This document shows positions 1 through 9,958 of a stretch of DNA of 64,000 nt, in pieces. The translations under genes were made by a program, and so were the position numbers. A model generated the notes under the pieces. That model had not been told where the DNA came from. It searched no databases and saw only the letters and a list, made by a program, of their open reading frames with translations. The stretch is from Promethearchaeota archaeon (GTDB taxonomy: Archaea; Asgardarchaeota; Lokiarchaeia; Sigyniarchaeales; SOKP01), in the NCBI GenBank assembly GCA_030603385.1, contig JAUVXW010000003.1, positions 96,001 through 160,000 of the forward strand, in the 5' to 3' direction. The first letter of the stretch is position 1; every line of letters starts with the position of its first letter.

Positions 1-1632
1 GGAATCCCTGGTGGACAACTCCTTACTATGTATGATGCTATTTATCGATGGGGAAAAGAACAAGGTATAAGCACTATTTTATTCAGACATGAACAAGCAG
101 CTGCTCATGCTGCTGATGCTTGGGCAAGACTAACTAATACTCCTGGAGTTTGCTTTGGAACAGTTGGTCCAGGAGCAACTCATCTTATTCCGGGAGTTGG
201 GGCGGCGTGGGGTGATAGTATACCTGTTATTGCAATAGTACCACAGGTGAATAGTAGATTTGAAGATCACCAAACTCTACAAGGAAATCTTGATCAAATA
301 ACGCTGTTCAAACCTATTACAAAATATCAAAAAAGCATTCGTAAAATTGAAGAGATACCTGATGCAGTTCGGAAAGTGTTTCGGGAAGCAACAAGTGGGC
401 GTCCTAGACCCGTATTTTTAGAAATTTTTGAAGATGCATTTCTCGAAGAAATCGAAGAAAATAAGCTGTCAATATTATCTTCTGATAGATATAGGGCTAT
501 TGGAAAACCCGCTGTTAACGATGAATTAATAAAAGAATCCCTAGATCTTTTACTAAATGCTGAAAAACCAATAATAATATCTGGTGGAGGAGTCTCAAGA
601 GCAGGAGCTTGGAAGGAACTAGAAGAGTTTGCTGAGTATTTACAAATCCCGGTTATTACTTCCATCATGGGGATTGGTACGATTTCAAATAAATCTAAGT
701 GTTTAGTTGGGGCTTCATTGGGAGGTCCTGCTGTTTCAGTAACGATAGAAGCAGACGTGATTTTAGCACTAGGCGTAAGATTTTCACATATATTAGGACA
801 TGGTGAAGAACCATTTTGGAAAGACTCACAAAAGTTGATACAAGTCGATATTGACCCTACTAACATTGGAAGGGCGAAACCGATAACATTAGGTATTGTT
901 GCTGATTGCAACATGTTTTTGAAGCAAATCCTTGAAGATGTAAAGAAGACCAAGAAGATTGAAAAAAGAGAGTGGTTGGAAAATGTTTTTGATGGTAGAC
1001 AAAAGGCGATTGAGGCTAATAACAAAAAAGCTTCAAGAGATAAAATTCCAATCATCCCCCAAAGATTAATCAAAGATGTCCTTGAATATATAGATGAGGA
1101 TGGAATATTAATAATTGATGCGGGAGATCTTACATGTTATGCTATGGAACAGATCGATTTTCATAAACCATTAGGACCTCTTTCAGTTCTTAATTCTGTA
1201 GGTATGGGGCATCTTGGAACATCTGTTCCCTATGGAATTGGAGCTAAATTAGCTAAACCCGATAAACAAGTTATTTCTTTATCTGGTGATGGCAGCTTTA
1301 TGATCAATATCCAAGATCTTGAGACTGCTGTGAGGTTAAATCTTAAAAATCTAATATATGTGATTGCTAACAATAGTGCGTGGGGGATGATTAAGTCAGG
1401 TCAAAAATTAGCGATGGGTAAACGTTATATAGATACAGATTTGCCAGAGTTTAATTATGCTGCTTGTGCTGAAGGATTTGGTTGTTATGGTGAAGTTGTC
1501 ACTGATCCTAATGAAATTAAACCTGCACTCGAACGAGCTAAAAATTCAAACAAACCCGCAGTAATAGATGTGAAAATAAAATATGATACTCCTGATGGCA
1601 CAAAATTACTGCTATCTATGGGTGTTCTATAA
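1..1632 (+). CDS. Thiamine diphosphate-dependent enzyme (acetolactate synthase-like / possible 2-hydroxyacyl-CoA lyase), 5' end outside the window
   Basis: Frame is open from base 1 (GIPGGQLLTM...); RHEQAA catalytic Glu, TVGPG motif, GDGSF...NNSAWG ThDP-binding motif. Confidence 0.9.
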   Translation, partial: GIPGGQLLTMYDAIYRWGKEQGISTILFRHEQAAAHAADAWARLTNTPGVCFGTVGPGATHLIPGVGAAWGDSIPVIAIVPQVNSRFEDHQTLQGNLDQITLFKPITKYQKSIRKIEEIPDAVRKVFREATSGRPRPVFLEIFEDAFLEEIEENKLSILSSDRYRAIGKPAVNDELIKESLDLLLNAEKPIIISGGGVSRAGAWKELEEFAEYLQIPVITSIMGIGTISNKSKCLVGASLGGPAVSVTIEADVILALGVRFSHILGHGEEPFWKDSQKLIQVDIDPTNIGRAKPITLGIVADCNMFLKQILEDVKKTKKIEKREWLENVFDGRQKAIEANNKKASRDKIPIIPQRLIKDVLEYIDEDGILIIDAGDLTCYAMEQIDFHKPLGPLSVLNSVGMGHLGTSVPYGIGAKLAKPDKQVISLSGDGSFMINIQDLETAVRLNLKNLIYVIANNSAWGMIKSGQKLAMGKRYIDTDLPEFNYAACAEGFGCYGEVVTDPNEIKPALERAKNSNKPAVIDVKIKYDTPDGTKLLLSMGVL

Positions 1633-1660
1633 TTTTTCTTATTTTTTTTATTTCTTTTTA
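1633..1660 (+). terminator. Oligo-T tract, archaeal-type terminator
   Basis: Long T runs directly after the stop codon; the same pattern follows most genes in the window. Confidence 0.45.
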
Positions 1661-1689
1661 ACTAAAATTATAAATGTATGTGTTATACT

Positions 1690-2709
1690 ATGAAAGGAGT
1701 AATTTTTGAAGGGAAACATAAGATTTCAATTAAAGATGATTTAATAAAACCAGAAATAAATCCGGATGAAGTCTTAATTAAGGTGAAGAAAGTAGGTATT
1801 TGCGGGACAGGAGTTGGCTCTTATGAGAGTGGAGGGCCATATATCCCTGGTAACATTGTTGGTCATGAATTTTCTGGAGAAATCATCGAGATTGGGGAGA
1901 AAGTTAAGAAATTAAAGATTGGGAATAGAATAACTGTAAATCCTCAAATTCCTTGCCATGAATGTTATTATTGTATTCATGATCAAGAAAACAAGTGTAA
2001 GCTACAAAATTATGCACTTGGTACAACAGAACATGGTGCTATGAGAGACTATATTAACGTTAAAGCAGAAAGAGTTCATATTTTGCCCGATAATGTTTCT
2101 TATGAAAATGGAGCCATTGTAGAACCATTATCGATCGCAATAAACGCAGTTCAAGAATCTGATTTTAAAATTGGTGATAAAGCAGCAATTATTGGCGCAG
2201 GTCCAATCGGATTAATGGTGATTCAAGTATTACGAGTTTCTGGAGCTCAAAAAATATTTGTACTGGAACCTGTGGAATCAAAGCAAAAAAAAGCACTTGA
2301 TCTAGGCGCCGATAGAGTTTTTAATCCTAATGCTTGGAATAAAATTGTAAGATTAGCTGACAAAATAGGACCTGATCATGTATATGATTGTGTGGGATTA
2401 TCATCTACTGTAAGTACTTCTCTATCTCTCATTAAGAAAGGAGGCTGTATTACTGTAATAGGAATGCATGATAGTACATATGAATTAAAAAACGCTGGGT
2501 TACTAACAATAAATAGCATTACAATGAAAGGAGTTTATGGCTACAAACAAGAGACTTTTAGAACAGCTATAAGCTTGTTAGAACAAGGAAAAGTAAGTGG
2601 TGAGTTAATTATTACAAACCGAATAAAAATAGAAGAAGTCCCCCAAATGTTTGAAAAATTAGCAAATCCTCCTCATGATGAATTAAAAGTTATGGTTGAT
2701 TTTGAATAA
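1690..2709 (+). CDS. Zinc-dependent medium-chain alcohol dehydrogenase (threonine/sorbitol DH-like)
   Basis: GICGT, GHEFSG, structural Zn motif CxxCxxC-x7-C, GAGPIG NAD site; start is ATG 1690 (MKGVIF) or 1678. Confidence 0.9.
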   Translation: MKGVIFEGKHKISIKDDLIKPEINPDEVLIKVKKVGICGTGVGSYESGGPYIPGNIVGHEFSGEIIEIGEKVKKLKIGNRITVNPQIPCHECYYCIHDQENKCKLQNYALGTTEHGAMRDYINVKAERVHILPDNVSYENGAIVEPLSIAINAVQESDFKIGDKAAIIGAGPIGLMVIQVLRVSGAQKIFVLEPVESKQKKALDLGADRVFNPNAWNKIVRLADKIGPDHVYDCVGLSSTVSTSLSLIKKGGCITVIGMHDSTYELKNAGLLTINSITMKGVYGYKQETFRTAISLLEQGKVSGELIITNRIKIEEVPQMFEKLANPPHDELKVMVDFE

Positions 2710-2826
2710 AATAAAAATAGCATTTTTCCACTTTTTCTTCCATATTTTTTCATAAAAATATTTTAAGAATTTCGACTAATACTAATTATAATTTAAATTT
2801 TATAACTACTATAGGAAGTTGGATCA

Positions 2827-4107
2827 ATGTTAAATAAGAAAGGAGAAGTCCAATGTATTAATGATGAAATACTTGAAAAGATGAGTTTGAAACATCGCTA
2901 TAATTTCTTAAATAACAATTTAATGAGCATTTTAAAACCCGATGACTTTAATTTCTTAAAACAAGCTCAAAAGTTTTTTCTTAGATTTGAAAAAAAAAAT
3001 AATATCACCCATAATGAAGATTTCTATGATTGGATTCCTGAAATTGGAAAGGAAGGTTTAGTCACCAGAATAAATAGTTTTAAAGAATTAGGGTTAAATT
3101 ATGAACCATATGGAATGACAGCCGAATTCATGAGGTGTTTAGCTATTGATTTTTTTGATCCTCAATTAGCTATGGGAGTCGGGGCGAATGTTTTATGTGT
3201 AAATCCTCTAATGTCTCATCATGAAGATGTGGATGAACGTTTGAAAGCACTTAAAGAATTGGTTACAGGAGAAAAGATTGGATGTATATGTATTACTGAA
3301 CCAGAAAGAGGTTCTGATGCGTTACATATGTTAACAACTTGTGAAGAAAATAAGGATGGCAGCTATACTATAAATGGTGAAAAAATTTATCAAACTAATG
3401 GAGCTAAAGCAGATTTAGCCGTAGTATATGCTGTTGCAGAGGAAAATAACGGAAATACAATGGCCCAATTTTTAGTAGATACATCATGGGAAGGATGGAA
3501 TGTTGAAAGGTTGAATATCCCTTGGACGCCAAGAGTATCTATCGGGAAGGAAACTTTTACAAATTTAAGAGTTCCTGCAGAATATGTTTTAGCCAAGCCA
3601 GGTATGGGTAGGGAACACCTTTTTGAAGGATTAAATTTGGAGCGGTTAGGTATCGTACTACTTAACGTATCAGAAGCGTGGAATGCAATTTCTCATGCCA
3701 CAATATATGCGAATATGAGAAAACAGTTTGATCAAGAGATATTAAAATATCAGGGAGTTGGGTTTCCCTTAGCAGATATGTGGGCAAAAACTATGAGTCT
3801 TACTTTAGCAGCATTACATATCTGTCAAATCATTGATGAAAAAATAGAGCAATTTGGCACTCTTCCGCAGAATTTTAATTTAACTCTTGTTGTAACTGCT
3901 TCGCAATTAAAATCTCAAAGTGCTAAATTAACTGAAAGAGTTTGTTTTGGGTGCGCTGATCTAATGGGAGGTGCTGGTTTGTGTGACAATACTTTAATGA
4001 GTGATTTATTAGGAATATCAAGAATTCATCAAGTTGGAGGAGGAACATCTCAAATTCAGAAGTATATTATGTCTTTGGCTCTAAGACAGCTTTTTAAGCT
4101 TCTATAA
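2827..4107 (+). CDS. Acyl-CoA dehydrogenase
   Basis: ITEPERGSD, INGEKIYQTNG, RKQFDQEI..YQGV, MGGAG; GLNLERL puts the Glu at the IVD/LCAD-type position. Confidence 0.92.
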   Translation: MLNKKGEVQCINDEILEKMSLKHRYNFLNNNLMSILKPDDFNFLKQAQKFFLRFEKKNNITHNEDFYDWIPEIGKEGLVTRINSFKELGLNYEPYGMTAEFMRCLAIDFFDPQLAMGVGANVLCVNPLMSHHEDVDERLKALKELVTGEKIGCICITEPERGSDALHMLTTCEENKDGSYTINGEKIYQTNGAKADLAVVYAVAEENNGNTMAQFLVDTSWEGWNVERLNIPWTPRVSIGKETFTNLRVPAEYVLAKPGMGREHLFEGLNLERLGIVLLNVSEAWNAISHATIYANMRKQFDQEILKYQGVGFPLADMWAKTMSLTLAALHICQIIDEKIEQFGTLPQNFNLTLVVTASQLKSQSAKLTERVCFGCADLMGGAGLCDNTLMSDLLGISRIHQVGGGTSQIQKYIMSLALRQLFKLL

Positions 4108-4141
4108 TAAACTTCAATAAAGTTATTAAGAGTAGAATAAA

Positions 4142-4963
4142 ATGAAAATAGAAGATTTAAGTGAAGTAATTTATGAAAAAGAAGAAAATGGAATTTGTAC
4201 GCTTACATTCAATATCCCAAAGAGGAGAAATGCTTTATCCTATGTCACATTCTTAGAGATTTGGACTGTTCTTGATGATATGGAAAAAGATAAGAATGCT
4301 AAAATACTCGTAATTACTGGTTGTAAGGAAGCTAATGCTTTTTCTTCGGGAGGTTATTTTAATATGAAATATGTTACATCTATTTCTCCAGAAATTATGA
4401 AGGAAATCGATCTAATGGATATAGCTCAGAAGAGATTATGTATGAAATTTTGGAGTTTTAATAAACCAGTTATTGCTGCTATTAATGGATTAGCTGTAGG
4501 TATAGGAATTACATTGCCTCTAGTTGGGGCTGATTTGATTTACATGTCAGAAGATGCATGGTTAGGGTTTTATTTTGTAAAACGAGCAGTAATTCCAGAA
4601 TTTAGCTCATCTTTTATCCTTCCTTTTTTAGTTGGTTTTCAAAAAGCAAAAGAAATTATATTTTTTGGTGATAAAATTACTGCTCGTGAAGCAGAAAACC
4701 TTGGATTAGTTAATAAAATATTAGCTCCTAATGATTTAATGCCTTATGCAAGAGAACAAGCCTTACGTTTAATTCCTCCCAAAGCTCCTTCACTTGCTCT
4801 CAATCGAATGAAAAGGGTAATGCATGATTATTTTAAAGATATTTTGTCAAAAACATTGGATTTAGAAAATGAAGCACTTAGGGAATCAATGAAAACTAGT
4901 GATTTTAGAGCAGCGACAAAATCATTAACTACAAAAGAAGATCCTGAATTTAAAGGAAAGTGA
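4142..4963 (+). CDS. Crotonase-fold enoyl-CoA hydratase/isomerase (delta3,delta2-isomerase-like)
   Basis: AFSSGG, KPVIAAINGLAVGIG, single acid in IPEFSSS, C-terminal P.FKGK. Confidence 0.88.
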   Translation: MKIEDLSEVIYEKEENGICTLTFNIPKRRNALSYVTFLEIWTVLDDMEKDKNAKILVITGCKEANAFSSGGYFNMKYVTSISPEIMKEIDLMDIAQKRLCMKFWSFNKPVIAAINGLAVGIGITLPLVGADLIYMSEDAWLGFYFVKRAVIPEFSSSFILPFLVGFQKAKEIIFFGDKITAREAENLGLVNKILAPNDLMPYAREQALRLIPPKAPSLALNRMKRVMHDYFKDILSKTLDLENEALRESMKTSDFRAATKSLTTKEDPEFKGK

Positions 4964-5008
4964 ATAAAGTTATTATTTTAAAATTAATAGTATAGTTTTT
5001 TTTTTCAT

Positions 5009-5025
5009 CGAAACTCTTATTAAAT
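5009..5025 (+). promoter_or_regulatory. Putative BRE-TATA promoter of pyrG
   Basis: cgaaactcttattaaat about 75 nt upstream of the ATG. Confidence 0.4.
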
Positions 5026-5097
5026 GTGCGGGATATTTAATATTTTTATTTTGAAGGATTTATAAAAAAAGTTTTTTACAAAGAGAAAGTCGATATT

Positions 5098-6780
5098 ATG
5101 AATACGAAGTGTAAATTTGTATTTGTTACGGGAGGTGTTATGTCTGGAATTGGAAAAGGCGTCGCTACTGCCAGTATTGGGAAAGTTCTTCAATTTCGGG
5201 GTTTTAAAATATCCGTGGTTAAAATCGATCCTTATCTAAATGTGGATCCCGGAACATTAAATCCCATAGAGCATGGAGAATGCTTTATTACAGAAGATGT
5301 ATGGGAATTTGAGCCCGTTTACGAATCTGATGAAAGATCATACCGAATCTCAGAAATCGATCAAGATTTCGGTACGTATTCCAGAATACTGGGTATTGAG
5401 ATGCACCCTTCTCATAACATAACATCAGGGCAAATATATCTTTCTACAATCCTTAGTGAAAGAAAGGGAAGATTTTTAGGAAAAACAGTTCAGATAATTC
5501 CACATGTTACTGACATAATTAAAGAAAGGTTAATGGAAATTGCTGAAAAGGAAGTCTTAGATGTGTTATTAATTGAATGTGGTGGAACTGTAGGGGATTT
5601 AGAGTCAAGTATCTTTTTAGAGGCATTCAGGCAAATAAAATTAGAATCACCTAAACGAACTGCTTTTATTCATGTGACCTTAGTACCATATTCTCGGGCA
5701 GTAGGGCAACAGAAGTCCAAACCAACTCAACATTCTGTTAAGATGCTTCAAAGTATTGGATTACAACCTGATATAATAATAGGGAGAAGTGAAAAACCCT
5801 TAGATATGGCGGTAAAACGAAAAATCTCACTCTATACTAATGTACCTGAAAATGCCGTAATTTCAAATCCAGACTTAGAGGTTATATATGAATTACCTTT
5901 ACTTTTTGAGGAGCAGGGGTTAGGAGACCTAATATGTGAGCTTATAGACCTCAAGGCAAAATTAGTATCTTATAATGAAGTTACCAATTACTCTGAATGG
6001 TTAAAAATGGTTGAATTATTCAAGAAACCTAAAGACACTATAAAAATAGCTATGCCTGGCAAATATTTTAATATTTCAGATTCCTATATCTCTATTAATG
6101 TTGCTTTAGAAGATGCTGCCGCCCATCATGGATACAAAACAGAATTAAAAATGATAGATATTGATGAAAATACGAATATTCAGGAAGAACTAAATGATTG
6201 TGATGGTGTCTTACTAACACCTGGATTTGGTGAAAGAGCTGTAGAAGGAATGATTACATCTGCAGAATATGTAATGGAAAACAAACTGCCCTTTCTTGGT
6301 GTATGTTTCGGGGCTCAACTGTTTTTTATAGCATTTTGTAGGAAATATTTAGGTTTAAAAGGAGCCAATTCGACAGAAATTGATCCAAACACTCAATATC
6401 CCGTGATAGATCTCTTAGAGAGTCAAAAAAGCGTTACTGAGAAAGGAGGAACTATGAGATTAGGTGCTCAAAAAATTTTAGTTGAAAAAGGAACAAAATT
6501 ATTTGAAGCATACAAACAAAATGAGATTTTTGAAAGATTTAGGCACAGATTTCATATTCAAGAACAATTTATCACTGATGAAGCTAAAAATAAAGGTATG
6601 GTTATTTCTAGTCGAGATGAAACAGGTAAGATTATAAACAGTATTGAACTAAAAAGAAAGGATCATTGGATGGTTGGTGTTCAATTTCATCCTGAATTCA
6701 AATCAAGACCATATAAACCATCTCCAATGTATTTCGATTTCTTAAAAGAGTGTATAAAGTATAAAAAGTCGAAAAAATGA
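5098..6780 (+). CDS. pyrG: CTP synthase (glutamine-hydrolysing)
   Basis: FVTGGVMSGIGKG, KIDPYLNVDPGT, GGTVGD, KSKPTQHSV, glutaminase triad GVCFG...FHPEF. Confidence 0.98.
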   Translation: MNTKCKFVFVTGGVMSGIGKGVATASIGKVLQFRGFKISVVKIDPYLNVDPGTLNPIEHGECFITEDVWEFEPVYESDERSYRISEIDQDFGTYSRILGIEMHPSHNITSGQIYLSTILSERKGRFLGKTVQIIPHVTDIIKERLMEIAEKEVLDVLLIECGGTVGDLESSIFLEAFRQIKLESPKRTAFIHVTLVPYSRAVGQQKSKPTQHSVKMLQSIGLQPDIIIGRSEKPLDMAVKRKISLYTNVPENAVISNPDLEVIYELPLLFEEQGLGDLICELIDLKAKLVSYNEVTNYSEWLKMVELFKKPKDTIKIAMPGKYFNISDSYISINVALEDAAAHHGYKTELKMIDIDENTNIQEELNDCDGVLLTPGFGERAVEGMITSAEYVMENKLPFLGVCFGAQLFFIAFCRKYLGLKGANSTEIDPNTQYPVIDLLESQKSVTEKGGTMRLGAQKILVEKGTKLFEAYKQNEIFERFRHRFHIQEQFITDEAKNKGMVISSRDETGKIINSIELKRKDHWMVGVQFHPEFKSRPYKPSPMYFDFLKECIKYKKSKK

Positions 6781-6795
6781 TGAATCGTTTCTTTT

Positions 6796-9648
6796 TTAAA
6801 TTATTGTAACTTCTGACATTTCTCTTAGAACCTTGATATGATTGGTGAACTCATCATTCGAACATAGATTTAGTAATTCTTTCTTCGAAATTTCAGCAGC
6901 ATCATTTTTTTCTCTAAATTCAAAAGGCGAGAGAATACCAGAAGAACTCTTCTCCTTCAATTTATTAACTATTTTCTCAATTTCTTGGTTAAATTCATCC
7001 AAATTTTCTAAGTTTTCAGATAATGCTGCTGGAAGACTTGAATGTACTTTTTTCAAAGAATTTGAATACTTTAGAAGTGTCTTAGAAAATTCAAGTCTTG
7101 ATTCTATGATTTCATGCATTTTTTCTGATTCATCTAAGAGCTTAAACATAATTTCGTAATACTTAATTTCATTTTTATCTCTATTAAGAAATTTTGTTAA
7201 GTTGATAATTTTTTGAGATGCATCAAAATCCTTAAAATTTTCATAATCTCTAATTCTATTTTCAGTATCTTTGATATCGAGTTGAAGTTGTTCTAGTTTC
7301 TGGTTGCTTAGATATTTGTCTAATTTCATTATTTTTTTTTGGTATTCTTGTTCATCAAGAACTGTTCTTGTAGTTTCAAACACTTCTGGTAGCGGAGTAT
7401 ATAAATATTTTAGTAGCAATATATATATCGAATGTTCTGGATTAGCGACTTTGTAATCAAAGAATTCGATAGTATCAATATTTTCTCTTAAATCTACTAA
7501 TAGTTTAAAGAATTTTCTAATAGCTAACATATTTTGTTGGGCATCAAAAGCAATTTGATACATCTCTTTAAAATATTTATTATAAAATCTGTTTGCTAAA
7601 TCAAGTTTTTGAAGAAATGAATTTACAATTGGGATTAGTTCTCCTGTAAAACCTGATTTTTTATATTCAGTACCAATATCTTTTAAACGCTCTTCTTCAC
7701 GATATGTAATTATTTTAATTATTAACTCAGGAAAATCTTTTGTAACAATATCATATGTTTTTATGAAGTATCCTTTTTTACTTAGAACTGGAACGATTGT
7801 ATTAATTGTCATTGTCCGTTGTTGAATTGCTTTAAGATCTTCTGAAAGTATTCGGTTAATATGTTCATCGATATTTTGCTTTTTCTCAAAATTTGCAACT
7901 TTACGATCTTTTAATAATTGATTGAGTCTAATTCCTCTGATTTGCGCATTCCTACCACCAAACATCTCAATAAAAATTGTTCCAAGAATCCTAAAAGCCA
8001 AAGCTGCTGTTAATTTTTTATCTTTTTCCGCATTTATTAAAATCTGATTAGTCAACATTGTTAGTAAACGAAATATAAATGTTCTTTCTTTTTCTCTTGG
8101 AATTTCTTTTATTTTTTCATGATACTGCTCTTGTATTTGATCCACTGGAAACTTATTTTCCCATAGAAAATCTAAGATTCGATCTCCCTCTGGGTCTGAA
8201 AGGATATCAAGAAAACGAGGAATAATTTCTGCTATTGCATTAGCCCAACTAAAATGCTCTTTTGCCAAGGGAATTTCATCATGGAATTCCGCCAACAAAT
8301 CATGAATTAAACCTCCTTTCTCAATCATCTTAGGTCCATTATATCTACCGAGAGTGTGGATAAGTATTTCATCAAAATTTGGCTCTGAAGACAAAGGCAT
8401 ACGTACTTCTATCTTCTCTAAAAATGCCTTAAATAAGTTGAATAGGCTTCTAACTTTATGATTTGATCTATTTATAATAAATTGATTGATTTCTGCATTA
8501 TTTAAATTACTTAATTCATTTAAGGAATTTGCAAACATGATTGCTCCATTAAATAATAACTCTACTTTTTCGGGTTCATGATAAGAAGCTGTTTCTGAGA
8601 ATTTAAATAAAAATTTTGCTAGATCAGAGCCAAGATATTCTCTGTGTTGTTCTGGAATTTGATCAATTGCATTTAATAATTCTTCCATTAACATTTGAAT
8701 CATGTCCTGACCCACTATAAGAGAATATTTCTTTTCTGCTCGTTTCAAAAAAGCTTCAACATCTGTAAATTGAATTCGTTTTTCTTCTTTCCCTAACAAA
8801 TGAATTAGAATATCTTCTAAGCTTTCACATTTTTCAATTGAACCTCCATTCTTAATTTCATTCAAAAATGCTATAAATAAATCTAATATTGTAAAAAATT
8901 TGTTCTTACTTCTTTTTATTATTTCTTGATTGATTTGCTCCTTAGATATTCCATTTAGATTAGAAAGTGCCCTATTGAAAAATAATACATGATTTAATAT
9001 TCCCTCTAAGGTTTCAGCAGGTAGATTCTCAACATTTTGAGAGAACTTAAACAGATATTTAGGAATCTCAGAGCTAATATAATCTTGAATATTTTCATCT
9101 ACTTTAGAAAAGGTTGTTATTATTTTTTTTGAGTAATTTTGTGATTTTTCCTCTCCAATTTTGGTTTTAAAATTCTTCTCAGCACGTTTGATAAATAATT
9201 CTAAATCATTTAATTGAGCAATTTCAGCTTTATCTCCAAAAATATAAGTGAGAACATCTTCGAAATTTCTACCTTTTTCAAAAATTCCCCCATTTTTAGC
9301 TTTCTCAACTAGAATATTTAGTAAATCAGAGAGGTTTCGCACTTTATTATTGCTTCTCTTAATTAAAAGTTGATTCATTTGATTACTATCTTTATTTATT
9401 AAATCTCTTAGTGACTCTGCAAATATTGAAACGTGCTTTAGAACGTTTTCAACTATTCCTGGGGATACATCCTCAATTTCTTGAGAATAATTAAATATGA
9501 ATCTTGGGATCTCTGAACCAATAACACGTCTAAATGTAGCAGGAATTTCATTCGTAGTTTTTCTTATGGTTTCCAACGTGGATGTCGCTTGTGCTTCTCC
9601 CAATTTTTCTTTAAATTGTCTTTCAGCTCTTTTTAAAAAAACTTCCAT
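6796..9648 (-). CDS. Hypothetical 950-aa helical protein with three N-terminal 148-aa repeats and a C-terminal coiled-coil-like region
   Basis: Long ORF; repeats begin MEVFLKRAE / LELFIKRAE / VEAFLKRAE; no enzyme motif recognised. Confidence 0.85.
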   Translation of the reverse strand: MEVFLKRAERQFKEKLGEAQATSTLETIRKTTNEIPATFRRVIGSEIPRFIFNYSQEIEDVSPGIVENVLKHVSIFAESLRDLINKDSNQMNQLLIKRSNNKVRNLSDLLNILVEKAKNGGIFEKGRNFEDVLTYIFGDKAEIAQLNDLELFIKRAEKNFKTKIGEEKSQNYSKKIITTFSKVDENIQDYISSEIPKYLFKFSQNVENLPAETLEGILNHVLFFNRALSNLNGISKEQINQEIIKRSKNKFFTILDLFIAFLNEIKNGGSIEKCESLEDILIHLLGKEEKRIQFTDVEAFLKRAEKKYSLIVGQDMIQMLMEELLNAIDQIPEQHREYLGSDLAKFLFKFSETASYHEPEKVELLFNGAIMFANSLNELSNLNNAEINQFIINRSNHKVRSLFNLFKAFLEKIEVRMPLSSEPNFDEILIHTLGRYNGPKMIEKGGLIHDLLAEFHDEIPLAKEHFSWANAIAEIIPRFLDILSDPEGDRILDFLWENKFPVDQIQEQYHEKIKEIPREKERTFIFRLLTMLTNQILINAEKDKKLTAALAFRILGTIFIEMFGGRNAQIRGIRLNQLLKDRKVANFEKKQNIDEHINRILSEDLKAIQQRTMTINTIVPVLSKKGYFIKTYDIVTKDFPELIIKIITYREEERLKDIGTEYKKSGFTGELIPIVNSFLQKLDLANRFYNKYFKEMYQIAFDAQQNMLAIRKFFKLLVDLRENIDTIEFFDYKVANPEHSIYILLLKYLYTPLPEVFETTRTVLDEQEYQKKIMKLDKYLSNQKLEQLQLDIKDTENRIRDYENFKDFDASQKIINLTKFLNRDKNEIKYYEIMFKLLDESEKMHEIIESRLEFSKTLLKYSNSLKKVHSSLPAALSENLENLDEFNQEIEKIVNKLKEKSSSGILSPFEFREKNDAAEISKKELLNLCSNDEFTNHIKVLREMSEVTII
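8317..9648 (-). repeat. Three tandem 148-codon (444-nt) diverged repeats within the CDS
   Basis: Gapless alignment of aa 1-148, 149-296 and 297-~440 (FxKRAE, S[ED]xx[RK][FY]xFx[YF]S, NQxxIxRS, [ED][DE]xL...G). Confidence 0.9.
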
Positions 9649-9958
9649 TATTTTAACACATTCAAATCAAATAAGAAATATTGAACACTCACTTTTAAAA
9701 TGAATTCGTTCAAATTTATAATCAGATAAATAAATAACCTAGAAAATAAATTTAAATTTATGTTTCTTTAACTTTTTCCTCTTCATATAGAGCAACTTTC
9801 ATATCTTATATTAGAAATAAACTAAAAGAGTTGACATTTTGATTTATATGATTTAATAATATATGAGAAAGAGTAAAAAGATAAAAAAGTATAAAAAAAG
9901 AAACTTGAATAAGAAACAACAATCGAAATGATATATCCTAAAATTGCATTCTATTCAA

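Noticed and set aside
9649-9958. Possible ncRNA or small gene in the 310-nt spacer (ORFs 9497-9703 and 9928-10128)
   Set aside because: Very AT-rich with T/A runs typical of terminator and promoter DNA; no stable structure or coding signal seen
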